Virus record (IMG/VR): IMGVR_UViG_3300012165_000001
Span: 1-57,320 of that record
DNA length: 57,320 bases
Strand: one strand, 5' to 3'
DNA from: a virus
The position numbers and the translations under genes were made by a program. The notes beneath the pieces are model-generated. The model was not told where the DNA came from and ran no database searches. It saw only the letters and a program-made list of their open reading frames with translations. This document shows, piece by piece, positions 33,428 to 42,145 of the stretch (positions are counted from its first letter, which is position 1; each line of letters opens with the position of its first letter).

Positions 33428-35284
33428 TCATGCGGGCACCCACAAACTTGAATTCGCCACTTCTTCTGTCCAATCGGCCAATACCTCAATGACTTGGTTT
33501 ACGTCGGCTGACTCGCGGATGGTGTCCACATTCACGGCTATTTGTGGAGTGAGCGTCTGGTATGTAACCTGGTAATCGCGGGTAGAAATGTCCAAAAGCA
33601 TTTTAATGTCCTCGGAATCGATTTTAACCGGTTTGGTGGCAGAGGTTTTTAATGCTTTTCCTTCGGGGGTATTGATGGTGTAATCATCAAGATTCATTCC
33701 CTCCGTGGCCCCGCCAGCCGCCGCCCTTTGGCGTCTTCCAATTTCAGCCTGCCTATAGGCATGCTTGCCCTCTGCTAGCCTACGTTCGCGCTCAAGATTT
33801 GTCTGCCTCTCCGCCGCACTTGCTTCTATTTCGGCCTGCCTTGCGGCCAATCCCTCAGCCCTGGCTTGTTTAGCGGCTTCGTTTGCGGCGGCAGCGTCTG
33901 CGGCGAACGTAACTTCCGCGATAAGCTCTATGCCGGTATCGAACGCCGAATTCACCACGTTTATAAAGTCATTAACAATATTGATTGCTCCATTGACCAT
34001 ATTCTGCATGATTTGAAGTACGCCAATCGCCATATCATCTGTAGAGTTGGTGATTGCAATACTAATTCTCAACCAGCCAAGTTTTAGGTTGTCGAGAAAC
34101 CCCAACAATGTATTTACGCCTGTTAAATACGAAATTTTAAGCGCGTCCCAAGAAGTCATAAGATAATCTGATGCAATTGCCCAGGCGTTTTGCAGCCCAC
34201 CTACGGCTCGGATCCAGTTGTAAAGCACTCCAGTGCCAAATGCAGCCCTAATTGGCTCCGGGATTTGAGCGATTAAATCTATAAGATTTCCAATAAGCCA
34301 CGCAGCATCGGTCAATATCAATTCCATCTCAGCCCCTAAACTGGAGATCATTTCTCGCAATTCCGGCAAATTGTTTCTCACCAAGGCTTCATCGATAGAA
34401 TTAACAATCCCCTGCATCCCGCGAGTGGTTGCTGCATGCATATTGTCGAATGTGGCTCCCCAGCTTGAGCCAGCTTCCTGTGCGGCACCTGCAACTCCAG
34501 CCATTCCATTTGCTCCATCGGTTGCAGATGTTAAGAGCATTTCTACAAAACTTAGTCCCGCACCCTCTATGTTTTTGTATTGTTCAATAATTTCCTCGCC
34601 CATATAAGCGGTAATGCCAGGGAGTCTTTGAGATAACATCCTAATTTCCGTCTCGGATACCTTCCCTGTACTAAGTATTTTTTGCACAGCATAGGAGACA
34701 TCTTCTATCGCCTGGTTTGTTCCATCACCTATTCCAGTTACTACATCCGTTAGTTGTCCAAATATTCTGATTGATCTATCAATATCTCGCGTTGCTGCGA
34801 AGAAGCCTTGGGTGGATTCAGCTGCTACATCAAGCCCATAAGCCGTACCAACAACATATCCCCGAAGACTTTCAAGTGCCCTTGCTGCTGCGTCTGAGTC
34901 TCCTGTCATCCTGGTCATTGTCCGCTCAAATTGCTCCATCGTATCGATACGGTCAAACGCAGAATTTAATGCCGTTCTTAATTCAGTTTTAATACTGCTT
35001 GCTATGGCGGATATCGCTTGCACTGCGATTCCCTTCATGACCGTGAAGCCATCCCCGGCCCGCTGTGTGGACGAAGGAGTTTGTTGCAACTCTTGGTTCA
35101 TCTGATCCACGGCACTCTCGGCTAATCTTACATCGGCGGCAGCGGAGGCAAAGGTTGGGCCCAATTCTGCACCTTGAATTCCGCGCATTGCAGATAAAGT
35201 ACTATTCATGGCCTTGGTAATAGCTTGCATGGGTTGACTCATACGATCTTGGAGGGCTAATGCACTTTGTATGGTTGCGATAAT
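33428..35284 (-). CDS. Tape measure protein; probable non-AUG start (ATT at 35284 or ATC at 35281) upstream of the first ATG at 35242
   Basis: 604+ aa, helical and repetitive. The in-frame upstream IATIQSALALQDR matches typical TMP N-termini and follows GGAAGGAGG. Confidence 0.85.
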   Translation of the reverse strand: MIATIQSALALQDRMSQPMQAITKAMNSTLSAMRGIQGAELGPTFASAAADVRLAESAVDQMNQELQQTPSSTQRAGDGFTVMKGIAVQAISAIASSIKTELRTALNSAFDRIDTMEQFERTMTRMTGDSDAAARALESLRGYVVGTAYGLDVAAESTQGFFAATRDIDRSIRIFGQLTDVVTGIGDGTNQAIEDVSYAVQKILSTGKVSETEIRMLSQRLPGITAYMGEEIIEQYKNIEGAGLSFVEMLLTSATDGANGMAGVAGAAQEAGSSWGATFDNMHAATTRGMQGIVNSIDEALVRNNLPELREMISSLGAEMELILTDAAWLIGNLIDLIAQIPEPIRAAFGTGVLYNWIRAVGGLQNAWAIASDYLMTSWDALKISYLTGVNTLLGFLDNLKLGWLRISIAITNSTDDMAIGVLQIMQNMVNGAINIVNDFINVVNSAFDTGIELIAEVTFAADAAAANEAAKQARAEGLAARQAEIEASAAERQTNLERERRLAEGKHAYRQAEIGRRQRAAAGGATEGMNLDDYTINTPEGKALKTSATKPVKIDSEDIKMLLDISTRDYQVTYQTLTPQIAVNVDTIRESADVNQVIEVLADWTEEVANSSLWVPA

Positions 35285-35286
35285 TA

Positions 35287-35502
35287 TTACCTCCTTCCCC
35301 TTGGCTTCGCCTTGGCCGCCTGTGCTTCCATTTTCTTCTGCTGTTTCTTCTTGTCCTCAATCTTGTTTTGGATGCAGGCAATTACAAATGCTTTAACTTT
35401 TTGTGGAAGACGGGCAAACTTCCTTGGATCCCCATACGCAGGAATATTTAAGACGGCGTATTGACAACACGCCGCCTCCCCGTCTTCCGATATTAGTTTT
35501 TT
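35287..35502 (-). CDS. Extension of the tail assembly chaperone reached by a -1 frameshift (long form)
   Basis: The -1 frame stays open from the slippery site to the TAA at 35287: KKLISEDGEAACCQYAVLNIPAYGDPRKFARLPQKVKAF...KPRGRR. Confidence 0.6.
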   Translation of the reverse strand, partial: KKLISEDGEAACCQYAVLNIPAYGDPRKFARLPQKVKAFVIACIQNKIEDKKKQQKKMEAQAAKAKPRGRR

Positions 35503-35882
35503 GCCTTTTCGATATCCTCATTAATATCACTGTCGAAGCCGCTGATATCGATTATTTTCTCAGCAATATCAGCAATTTCTCCAGCCAGAAACTTTTTAGA
35601 AATAAAATCTTTTGCAGTCTCACATCCGGCCTCCGCGAGAAATTCGACATCGGAAAAGTTGGGATCGGTAGTTTGTCCAGTAATAATTAAAAGATTGAAT
35701 TTTCCACTATCAAAAACCATGCCCTGTTTGTTGATTTTGCCTTTGCAGCGGTTGCGATAGCCCTCCCATTGCTTTTCGGTCATAGGCTTAACGGTAAATA
35801 TCCCCAGCCGCTCATTAATGTAAATTTCCTTTGTGATGCCAGAAACATCCGGCAGGGCCAAAAAATCCTGTAATCTGCTCAT
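35493..35882 (-). CDS. Tail assembly chaperone (XkdN-like), short form
   Basis: Start moved to the ATG at 35882 (AGGAGGA RBS); lies between the tube and tape measure genes. Confidence 0.7.
   Translation of the reverse strand: MSRLQDFLALPDVSGITKEIYINERLGIFTVKPMTEKQWEGYRNRCKGKINKQGMVFDSGKFNLLIITGQTTDPNFSDVEFLAEAGCETAKDFISKKFLAGEIADIAEKIIDISGFDSDINEDIEKAKN
35496..35502 (-). promoter_or_regulatory. Canonical -1 slippery heptamer A AAA AAC immediately before the chaperone stop codon
   Basis: Read in the zero frame as GCA AAA AAC TAA. Confidence 0.6.
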
Positions 35883-35904
35883 AGTAAATCCTCCTAATAT
35901 TTTA

Positions 35905-36372
35905 TTACGCTGCCGGGAATAGGGCATTAAAAGCTTCCATGTTATCAACTTCGCTAAAAGTATAATCACATGAACCTTCAAGCATATCAGTGTCGATATC
36001 CAGCATAGCTATATCCCCACCATCAATGTTGCACTGTCCTAATTTGACGGAATTTCTTCCGGCACTGCTGCCGGGATCGTCATTAGTAATAACCATTGTG
36101 AAATATACATCTATGCCTGTTTTGGCATAGTCAATGAGCATCTTTTGCCAACGGCTTGTCACCCAATGGTACGTAAAACTTCCGGTTCCCGCCCATCCGG
36201 CAGATTTGTGTCTATCTGCTGGGTCACCCATAACCCTGTATGAGGATTTGTTTTTGGCTATATTGGCGGTGATGTTTTTGATTTCCGCAAGCTCTTCCAC
36301 GTTGCCAGCGATGACCGCCGTGATTACTCCGCGCCGCCCTTCAACTGGTCTTGTATCATGCAATAATGACAT
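35905..36372 (-). CDS. Tail tube protein (XkdM-like)
   Basis: 155 aa, directly after the sheath gene. Confidence 0.75.
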   Translation of the reverse strand: MSLLHDTRPVEGRRGVITAVIAGNVEELAEIKNITANIAKNKSSYRVMGDPADRHKSAGWAGTGSFTYHWVTSRWQKMLIDYAKTGIDVYFTMVITNDDPGSSAGRNSVKLGQCNIDGGDIAMLDIDTDMLEGSCDYTFSEVDNMEAFNALFPAA

Positions 36373-36386
36373 TTATGCGCGCCCTC

Positions 36387-37727
36387 CTATCCTTGCACAT
36401 TTACTGTGAGATATAATTTCTCCATGCTATCCACGGGACGAATCCACATGTTGCAAACAACAGCGTCAACTTCGGCTCCACGAGTAATTTCTACATCATC
36501 AGCGCCCGCGAAATCGTCAATCGCACCCAATGTTTGAAGCTCAGTAAGATAGCCAATAATATCGGCCTTGAAAATTTCCCTGCCCGTGGCGTTATTGCTC
36601 ACCTTGCCAAGATAAGACTGCTCCCAAACATCAGTAACGCTCGTGCCAATCTCGTCTAAAGTGCGCAATACGCGGTTCTTACTAAAGGCGTAATCCAATG
36701 TCGGCGTGAAAGTATGCAGACTGTTAATATCCTGCTCCACAATGATTTCGCCGCGCTGATTAGCCGACAGGATAAATTTACCGGATTTAAGCGCGTCAAT
36801 GATCTCCGAATTGGTGCGCTCGTTTATGATGGAAAGTGCCATGGTGACGACTCGCCCTGTATTTGATTGAATGATCGTTGCGCCAGCCGTCGCCCCAGCT
36901 ACCCATGCCGTTGCTTCATCTGCGGTCACTTCATCATCCGCGCGCCGGAATCCGCAATCGGAATTAATAACGCCGTGGAAGTCCGCACTGTCGTAATTAG
37001 CAAGCGCAACCTGTACATAACGTCCTTCATCATCACGCATGGTCTTTGCGAATGTGGCAATCTGTGCGTTAACCGTAGCGCCATCAAAGGGCACCGCCAT
37101 TGTCTGCCATCTGGCACGGCTTGCAAGGGCTAAATAGTTGGGATAGGCAGTTGCGGCGGTGTATGTGCCATTTGTGCCGCCAGTGAGCGGAATACCCGCA
37201 TTGGCAGTCGGCGCACCGAAACCGCTAAATTCCACATAGGCGTTGTCGGTAAGCTCCTGCACCGTGGAAATGGTCTGCGCGTCTTGGCTTGTACCGGCAA
37301 CGAATGTGGTCACCGTGAAGAGTCCGTCAGATTCCACAATAGAAATTGTGATTGAGTTACCGAATGTGCCGGGGTATTTTGCTTTTGCGGTCAGGCTTCC
37401 GGTTGTGATTGTCGCTTGAACACCGCCGGTATCCAGCCGGTAGATTTTAGCCAGATAGCAGTTTGAGAGCATGAGAGTAAGCAGCTTCGCGCTCTGTTCT
37501 GTGGCCTCGTCAAAGGCCGTAACGCCTACTTTGGATAGGCTTGTTCCGTCCAATAGGTCGGTGCTGTAAACGTCTATAAACGTGTTTTCAGGCCCCCATG
37601 TGAGCGGCATTGCCATTGTGCCTATACCGCGATCACCGACTGTCATTGTTGGGCGCGGGACGGACACAAAATTAATGTAAGCGCCGGGTCTGATTTTTGA
37701 CTGACTGAGCCATGTGCCTCCAGCCAT
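36387..37727 (-). CDS. Contractile tail sheath protein (XkdK-like)
   Basis: N-terminus MAGGTWLSQSKIRPGAYINF matches the sheath family signature; 446 aa. Confidence 0.9.
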   Translation of the reverse strand: MAGGTWLSQSKIRPGAYINFVSVPRPTMTVGDRGIGTMAMPLTWGPENTFIDVYSTDLLDGTSLSKVGVTAFDEATEQSAKLLTLMLSNCYLAKIYRLDTGGVQATITTGSLTAKAKYPGTFGNSITISIVESDGLFTVTTFVAGTSQDAQTISTVQELTDNAYVEFSGFGAPTANAGIPLTGGTNGTYTAATAYPNYLALASRARWQTMAVPFDGATVNAQIATFAKTMRDDEGRYVQVALANYDSADFHGVINSDCGFRRADDEVTADEATAWVAGATAGATIIQSNTGRVVTMALSIINERTNSEIIDALKSGKFILSANQRGEIIVEQDINSLHTFTPTLDYAFSKNRVLRTLDEIGTSVTDVWEQSYLGKVSNNATGREIFKADIIGYLTELQTLGAIDDFAGADDVEITRGAEVDAVVCNMWIRPVDSMEKLYLTVNVQG

Positions 37728-37758
37728 GTATTTTCCTCCTTAAATTTGAGCATAAAAA

Positions 37759-37816
37759 TACCGCCCTATCCGGCGGTTGTGAGCATAAGAAAAGCGCCTA
37801 CCGAAGTAAGCGCTTG
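37759..37816 (-). terminator. Two tandem intrinsic terminators just upstream of the sheath RBS
   Basis: On the minus strand: AAGCGC-ttacttcggtag-GCGCTT TTCTTATGCTCA, then ACCGCC-ggatag-GGCGGT ATTTTTATGCTCA. Confidence 0.65.
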
Positions 37817-37827
37817 GTTATTAAGTT

Positions 37828-37932
37828 AAGGGAAAGTGGAGCCAAGGAATTTGTTATCAGGTGCCGCCATTTTCCGCCCGGCATTAAGCGATGTTGAATA
37901 CGCGCCCGTTTCCACCCGGAGTACTTTCCCTT
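37828..37932 (-). ncRNA. 105-nt leader closed by a perfect 10-bp stem; class not assigned
   Basis: AAGGGAAAGT (37932-37923) pairs with ACTTTCCCTT (37837-37828). Lies between a promoter and the tandem terminators. Confidence 0.45.
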
Positions 37933-37939
37933 AATATTG

Positions 37940-37967
37940 ATTATACCACAAAAACACATGATTACAA
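37940..37967 (-). promoter_or_regulatory. Minus-strand promoter with an extended -10
   Basis: TTGTAA, 16 nt, TGGTATAAT. Confidence 0.55.
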
Positions 37968-37978
37968 GGCTTTTAGCC

Positions 37979-38440
37979 TTACGGAATCGCAATATTAACC
38001 TCAAGCTGCTCTTGCAGCGGGTCAAGTTCAATCGGTTTTGTGGCCATAACATCAACATTACAAAAGCAATGCAAAGCTCCGTCAACCTTTTCTGTCCTGA
38101 GATTGCTTATCCGCACTGGTATGCCATTCCAATAAATATAATCTAAGTCCGATAACAGCTTTATACTCGCATCGTCAAGCTGCTGCTGTAGGCTCCCCAC
38201 AACTGACGAAGGATCAGCGGCGACATGGAATCGCATGGTTGCGAAATAGCTTACCCACCAGTGGTTGCGGCGCTCTGGTTGAATATTAAGAGTTAATTGA
38301 TTAACGAACCAATGCGGATAAACAAGAAGCTGTGCTGGAACGGTCTCCCGATACCATGTCACGCCGGGGAATATCTCGCGGAGCCGTATACCAAGGGCAG
38401 ATGTGACAGAAGTGGCGACTAATTCGTATTGTTCAGGCAT
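37979..38440 (-). CDS. Tail completion / minor structural protein (start moved to the ATG at 38440)
   Basis: Position between the connector genes and the sheath. Confidence 0.45.
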   Translation of the reverse strand: MPEQYELVATSVTSALGIRLREIFPGVTWYRETVPAQLLVYPHWFVNQLTLNIQPERRNHWWVSYFATMRFHVAADPSSVVGSLQQQLDDASIKLLSDLDYIYWNGIPVRISNLRTEKVDGALHCFCNVDVMATKPIELDPLQEQLEVNIAIP

Positions 38441-38612
38441 TATCATCCACCAACTTAACCGCACAATAGGGACAATATTTTATTCCTCTCGCTCCCGGTT
38501 CAATGCAACCGTTGAAGTCAGTTCCCACCATCCATCCATTAAGCGCAGATTTTATCACATAATGATTTTCTGGTATTTGTTCGCATATATGCCTATCAAG
38601 TATATTCGCCAT
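38433..38612 (-). CDS. 59-aa zinc-ribbon protein inserted in the connector module, not in the ORF track
   Basis: MANILDRHICEQ...GIKYCPYCAVKLVDDNA; overlaps both neighbours. Confidence 0.4.
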   Translation of the reverse strand: MANILDRHICEQIPENHYVIKSALNGWMVGTDFNGCIEPGARGIKYCPYCAVKLVDDNA

Positions 38613-38613
38613 A

Positions 38614-39009
38614 TCATACCGCCTGTCTCGCTACCATAGTAGCTTCCTGTCGGCTTTGGATGACTATTGGAACGCCGATTGTCCCTTCATATTCTGCCAA
38701 GACGGCTCCACCTGTATCCAACTTACGCGCCTTAACTAAATCAGCATTTTGCAGGTCAACGCTTATAGCACAGTTGATCTTCAAGCTCACAATTATAGGC
38801 ATTGTGCCTGCCGTGACGGGATCAGGATTCGGAGTTTCGTTCGGGTCCAGATGACACTTTATGCCTGTATATAATGGCACATTTGGGTCGCTAACACTTA
38901 TTGAGCCATCCGGAAGTTCGATTTTTATTACCCTATAAATATCAATTTCGTCGCTATCCATATAATCGCCGATAATCCCGCCAATCTGCCCGAAGTCGAA
39001 CCCTGCCAT
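38614..39009 (-). CDS. Head-tail joining / head closure protein
   Basis: 131 aa; synteny after the gp6-like connector. Confidence 0.45.
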   Translation of the reverse strand: MAGFDFGQIGGIIGDYMDSDEIDIYRVIKIELPDGSISVSDPNVPLYTGIKCHLDPNETPNPDPVTAGTMPIIVSLKINCAISVDLQNADLVKARKLDTGGAVLAEYEGTIGVPIVIQSRQEATMVARQAV

Positions 39010-39013
39010 ACAC

Positions 39014-39364
39014 TCACCTTCTTTCCGTTATCCTGTACGGCAACCGAAAGCTAAAAATCTGCGCTTCTCGCTGCTTCAATCGATTCTCTGCCCACAGTTG
39101 TGCTTGTGATGTGTCAAAGTTTACGCTTCGTCCCGCCTCACTGACAGAGGTTGCCTTTCCTGTTGTGCCGCTTGTGTTAGACAGCTCATTATACATATCA
39201 AAAACCATCATGGCGGCCTCATTTTCAAGCTCTGCGGGCAATTCATGGCGGTTAGTGGCATTCAATATGCTTTGCGTTACAAGGCCGATATACAGCGTCA
39301 GAATAGCGTCCTTCGAATCGTCCGTGATGCCAAGTAAGGTTTTGACGGTATCAAGCAGATTCAT
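39014..39364 (-). CDS. gp6-like head-tail connector (DNA-packaging QLRG-type); start at 39364
   Basis: VKTLLGITDDSKDAILTLYIGLVTQSILN matches the family's N-terminal pattern. Confidence 0.6.
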   Translation of the reverse strand: MNLLDTVKTLLGITDDSKDAILTLYIGLVTQSILNATNRHELPAELENEAAMMVFDMYNELSNTSGTTGKATSVSEAGRSVNFDTSQAQLWAENRLKQREAQIFSFRLPYRITERR

Positions 39365-39368
39365 AGTA

Positions 39369-39656
39369 TCACGCTCCAAAATCCAAGCCCGGCAAGCCAG
39401 CACTCTTATAAAAGTCGCGCCTCATTTGCTCTTTCAAATCTTCAAGGTCAATCGTGATGGTTGTATTCGCGTCAATCCATACATCGCGGTAATCATGTTT
39501 TCGCAACACAGGCGCGGCTATGTCCTGCATAAGAGGTGCAGACATTTCAGCCATTAAGGGCGGTTCGTCAATATATGCACATGCAACCATCCGCTTTTCG
39601 TCGCAATCATCCTTGTGCTTGCATTTCTCGCATTTTTGGTATAGCTTACTCGGCAT
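39369..39656 (-). CDS. Hypothetical Cys-rich protein
   Basis: GGAGGGCAAAG RBS before the ATG at 39656. Confidence 0.4.
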   Translation of the reverse strand: MPSKLYQKCEKCKHKDDCDEKRMVACAYIDEPPLMAEMSAPLMQDIAAPVLRKHDYRDVWIDANTTITIDLEDLKEQMRRDFYKSAGLPGLDFGA

Positions 39657-39795
39657 CTTCTTTGCCCTCCGATTCATCCGGCGCAAATATACTTTCCTTC
39701 TTCGGCTTTTTTGCAGCCGTTTTTTCAGGCTCGGGTTTCTCTGCCCGTTCCTGCCGTTTGCTGATTATCTGTTGTCTTGAAAGTTCTGTCAGCAT
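39646..39795 (-). CDS. 49-aa Lys/Glu-rich small protein, not in the ORF track
   Basis: MLTELSRQQIISKRQERAEKPEPEKTAAKKPKKESIFAPDESEGKEDAE. Confidence 0.35.
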   Translation of the reverse strand: MLTELSRQQIISKRQERAEKPEPEKTAAKKPKKESIFAPDESEGKEDAE

Positions 39796-39800
39796 GTGTA

Positions 39801-40244
39801 TCACCGTCCTTTATCTCTGACTGGAACAATATCATAATCAATTATTTCCAATTCTGAGAAATCATTAGGATTAAATATTCCTACCCAAAAATTCCCGATA
39901 TATCGTTGCCTATTAATTACGCATTCGTTATAATGCCTAATCTCATTAATAATCTCCTTGTCGTATACGCCAAACTCGTCTTCATATAAACCGCTGTTCA
40001 GCTTATATTCAATGGATTGTCGGTAATTTTGAAATTTCAGCAAGTCTCCATCAACCGAAGCATGAGTGCCAATCGCAATCGGAACACAGACTATCAACCC
40101 AATCACGCCAGCTACCATTGCGGCAAAAGCGAAACCGTTGTCGTCAATAAAAATCCAACATATTATTCCGCCGATAAGAAGAATAACAAAAATCCACAAT
40201 AACATAATTATCGCTCCTTTTTTCATCCGCTCCAAATTAAGCAT
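39801..40244 (-). CDS. Two-TM membrane protein (moron) within the head/connector module; start may be the ATG at 40226
   Basis: LLWIFVILLIGGIICWIF and FAFAAMVAGVIGLIVCVPIAIG. The first 6 codons lie inside repeat copy a. Confidence 0.55.
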   Translation of the reverse strand: MLNLERMKKGAIIMLLWIFVILLIGGIICWIFIDDNGFAFAAMVAGVIGLIVCVPIAIGTHASVDGDLLKFQNYRQSIEYKLNSGLYEDEFGVYDKEIINEIRHYNECVINRQRYIGNFWVGIFNPNDFSELEIIDYDIVPVRDKGR

Positions 40245-40313
40245 AGAAAAAGGCGGGGGAGCGTAACCCGCCTACGGTTCATGATACCGTTCTATGCTGT
40301 TAAAGCCTATCGG
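40240..40313 (-). repeat. Structured intergenic repeat, copy a (outer stem, two hairpins, U-run)
   Basis: Plus strand: GCATAGAAAAAGGCGGGGGAGCGTAACCCGCCTACGGTTCATGATACCGTTCTATGCTGTTAAAGCCTATCGGC. Aligns with copies at 46213 and 48759. Confidence 0.8.
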
Positions 40314-40316
40314 CAT

Positions 40317-40586
40317 TTAACCTTGTTCGTCTGCCCGTTTCAATGCGTTTATCACTTGCCTGCGGGTTTTGTCCGTGGTGTCAATTTGCCTTTCAGCAGC
40401 AAGAGCGGCAAGGGCCTCATCGTCAAGCTCGTTGTAATCCGTGGATTCCTCCGAAACAGCAGGAGCAAGGGATTCCCCCTGCTCCGGTTCTGTCTCGCTT
40501 ATGGGCTTATATCCGCTTTTTCGGAATGCATTGATTTGGATTTCATCTACCACATCATAGGTTACTCCGTTTTTTGTGAGCTTCAT
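40317..40586 (-). CDS. Small head-associated protein with a Rho-N/HeH-like C-terminus
   Basis: DDEALAALAAERQIDTTDKTRRQVINALK. Confidence 0.4.
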   Translation of the reverse strand: MKLTKNGVTYDVVDEIQINAFRKSGYKPISETEPEQGESLAPAVSEESTDYNELDDEALAALAAERQIDTTDKTRRQVINALKRADEQG

Positions 40587-40597
40587 AACCTCACCCC

Positions 40598-41419
40598 TTA
40601 CGCGCTCTTATGGACATAGATTGCAGGCGCTTTATTTTGGAACACTCCGCAGTCGTGATAGATTCTACCCTCAATCAACCAGCCGTTAATACCAGGAGGA
40701 TTGTCGTGGTTTTTGTAATCGGCAATCTTCTGCGCCGCCCATGCCGCAATACGGTTTGTGAGCATAAATTCAACACCGGCGGGCATATAGCTCTTCGGCA
40801 CAAAGATAATCGGGATATTTTCAATCATGCCGACCTGCCCAGTAATAAGCATGTTCTGCGCCATATCGGACGCCTGAATAAATGCCGTGTCCAGGCGGAT
40901 GTAACGGTAGAATCCGGTGGAGATAAAGCCGAAAGTTCCAGCGGTGGGAGCCTTGTTGTCAAGCAGGGTTTCGACGCCCTTCAAAAAGCTCTCATATGCA
41001 TTGGCTTGCGTGATAGCGGCAGGTGTCGAAGTGTTGCCCGCATTAGCCGCAAGAATAGAAATCCTGTACTTGTCAACCTCGGGAATCACAACCTCGTCCA
41101 ACTGCCGACGAAGGGCGCGGCCGCTTTCTTTTACCATCATGGTATCAAGGTAATTCCGGCGGTCAATCGTGAATGTAAAGCTTCTGTCCTGCGTCAGGGT
41201 AAAGGATTGCACGGTGTCGCCCAGCTCATCAGGCGTACCATAACGGTTATCGCCCGCCATATTATAGTTGTTCATGGGTGCGGTGGGGATGCTGTAGACA
41301 TTAACGGTATTCACGCCGGTAAAGTCCAAATCCTGATTGAATGCGCTCTGCGTCACCGACGCTTTTGTAAACCTTTCGTCTACAATGCTTGCATATTTTT
41401 CTGCAAAGTTAATTGCCAT
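40598..41419 (-). CDS. Major capsid protein
   Basis: 273 aa immediately after the scaffold gene. The N-terminus MAINFAEKYASIVDERF is typical of this capsid family. Confidence 0.75.
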   Translation of the reverse strand: MAINFAEKYASIVDERFTKASVTQSAFNQDLDFTGVNTVNVYSIPTAPMNNYNMAGDNRYGTPDELGDTVQSFTLTQDRSFTFTIDRRNYLDTMMVKESGRALRRQLDEVVIPEVDKYRISILAANAGNTSTPAAITQANAYESFLKGVETLLDNKAPTAGTFGFISTGFYRYIRLDTAFIQASDMAQNMLITGQVGMIENIPIIFVPKSYMPAGVEFMLTNRIAAWAAQKIADYKNHDNPPGINGWLIEGRIYHDCGVFQNKAPAIYVHKSA

Positions 41420-41437
41420 AAATCATTCTCCTTTTTA

Positions 41438-42091
41438 TTAAGTTTCGTTGAATCCCGCCAAAAACGGGTCTGCTTCTTTGGTACTTGCGCCCTTGCTCCC
41501 ATCAGGCTGAAAGATTGATACGCCGACGGGGAGCTGCGCGGCGGGCGGCGCGTCTTGTGTTGCGGGCTGTGCCGGAATAGGAAAGTCAACTAAGGCAGCA
41601 TCCAGTGCCTTGCCAAAGTCGCCGTCCTCTGCCAAATAACTTTGAGCCAGCGCAATGTATTTGTCAGATTTATCTGCTGGGATTCCCTTGCCAACCGCCG
41701 AAAGCTGGCGCTGTAGTTTCAGGTTGTCGTTGGTCAGTCCGGTAATGGTGCCGTCCTTTTCGGCGGCAATCTGCTCCGGCGTCTGCTGTTTCGCTTTCCA
41801 TTCGGCTGTCATTCTGTTGATGGTTTCCGGGTCAAGGTTCTGCTGTTCCAGCATTGACCTAAAAACACCTGTCATTTTTCTTTCTGCGGCCTCACTGGCC
41901 TTTGTCTCGGCTTGACTGATAATGGAGTTAATGTCCACATTTACCGCCGTGGGCGTCGCTGCCGCCTGTACAGGCGTGGGTGCCGGTGCTGTCACCGTAG
42001 GGGTTGCCGGGGTAATGGATTCTGCCGGAGGCTGTGCCCCGCCATCTGAAAGCCTCATTGCCAAAGTTTTGATATTCATTTTCCTGCTCAT
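41438..42091 (-). CDS. Scaffolding protein
   Basis: Ala/Pro/Thr-rich N-terminus followed by helical Q/E/K-rich sequence; precedes the capsid gene. Confidence 0.65.
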   Translation of the reverse strand: MSRKMNIKTLAMRLSDGGAQPPAESITPATPTVTAPAPTPVQAAATPTAVNVDINSIISQAETKASEAAERKMTGVFRSMLEQQNLDPETINRMTAEWKAKQQTPEQIAAEKDGTITGLTNDNLKLQRQLSAVGKGIPADKSDKYIALAQSYLAEDGDFGKALDAALVDFPIPAQPATQDAPPAAQLPVGVSIFQPDGSKGASTKEADPFLAGFNET

Positions 42092-42145
42092 AACTTTCCT
42101 TTCCGCTCAAAGCGTCCGCTTAAGGCTCGTCAGCCGTGATTTTGA

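Noticed and set aside
37828-37932. Assignment of the sheath leader to a named riboswitch class (c-di-GMP, ZTP, preQ1 and others)
   Set aside because: Comparison by eye with remembered consensus cores found no convincing match. The class is left unassigned pending a covariance-model scan.
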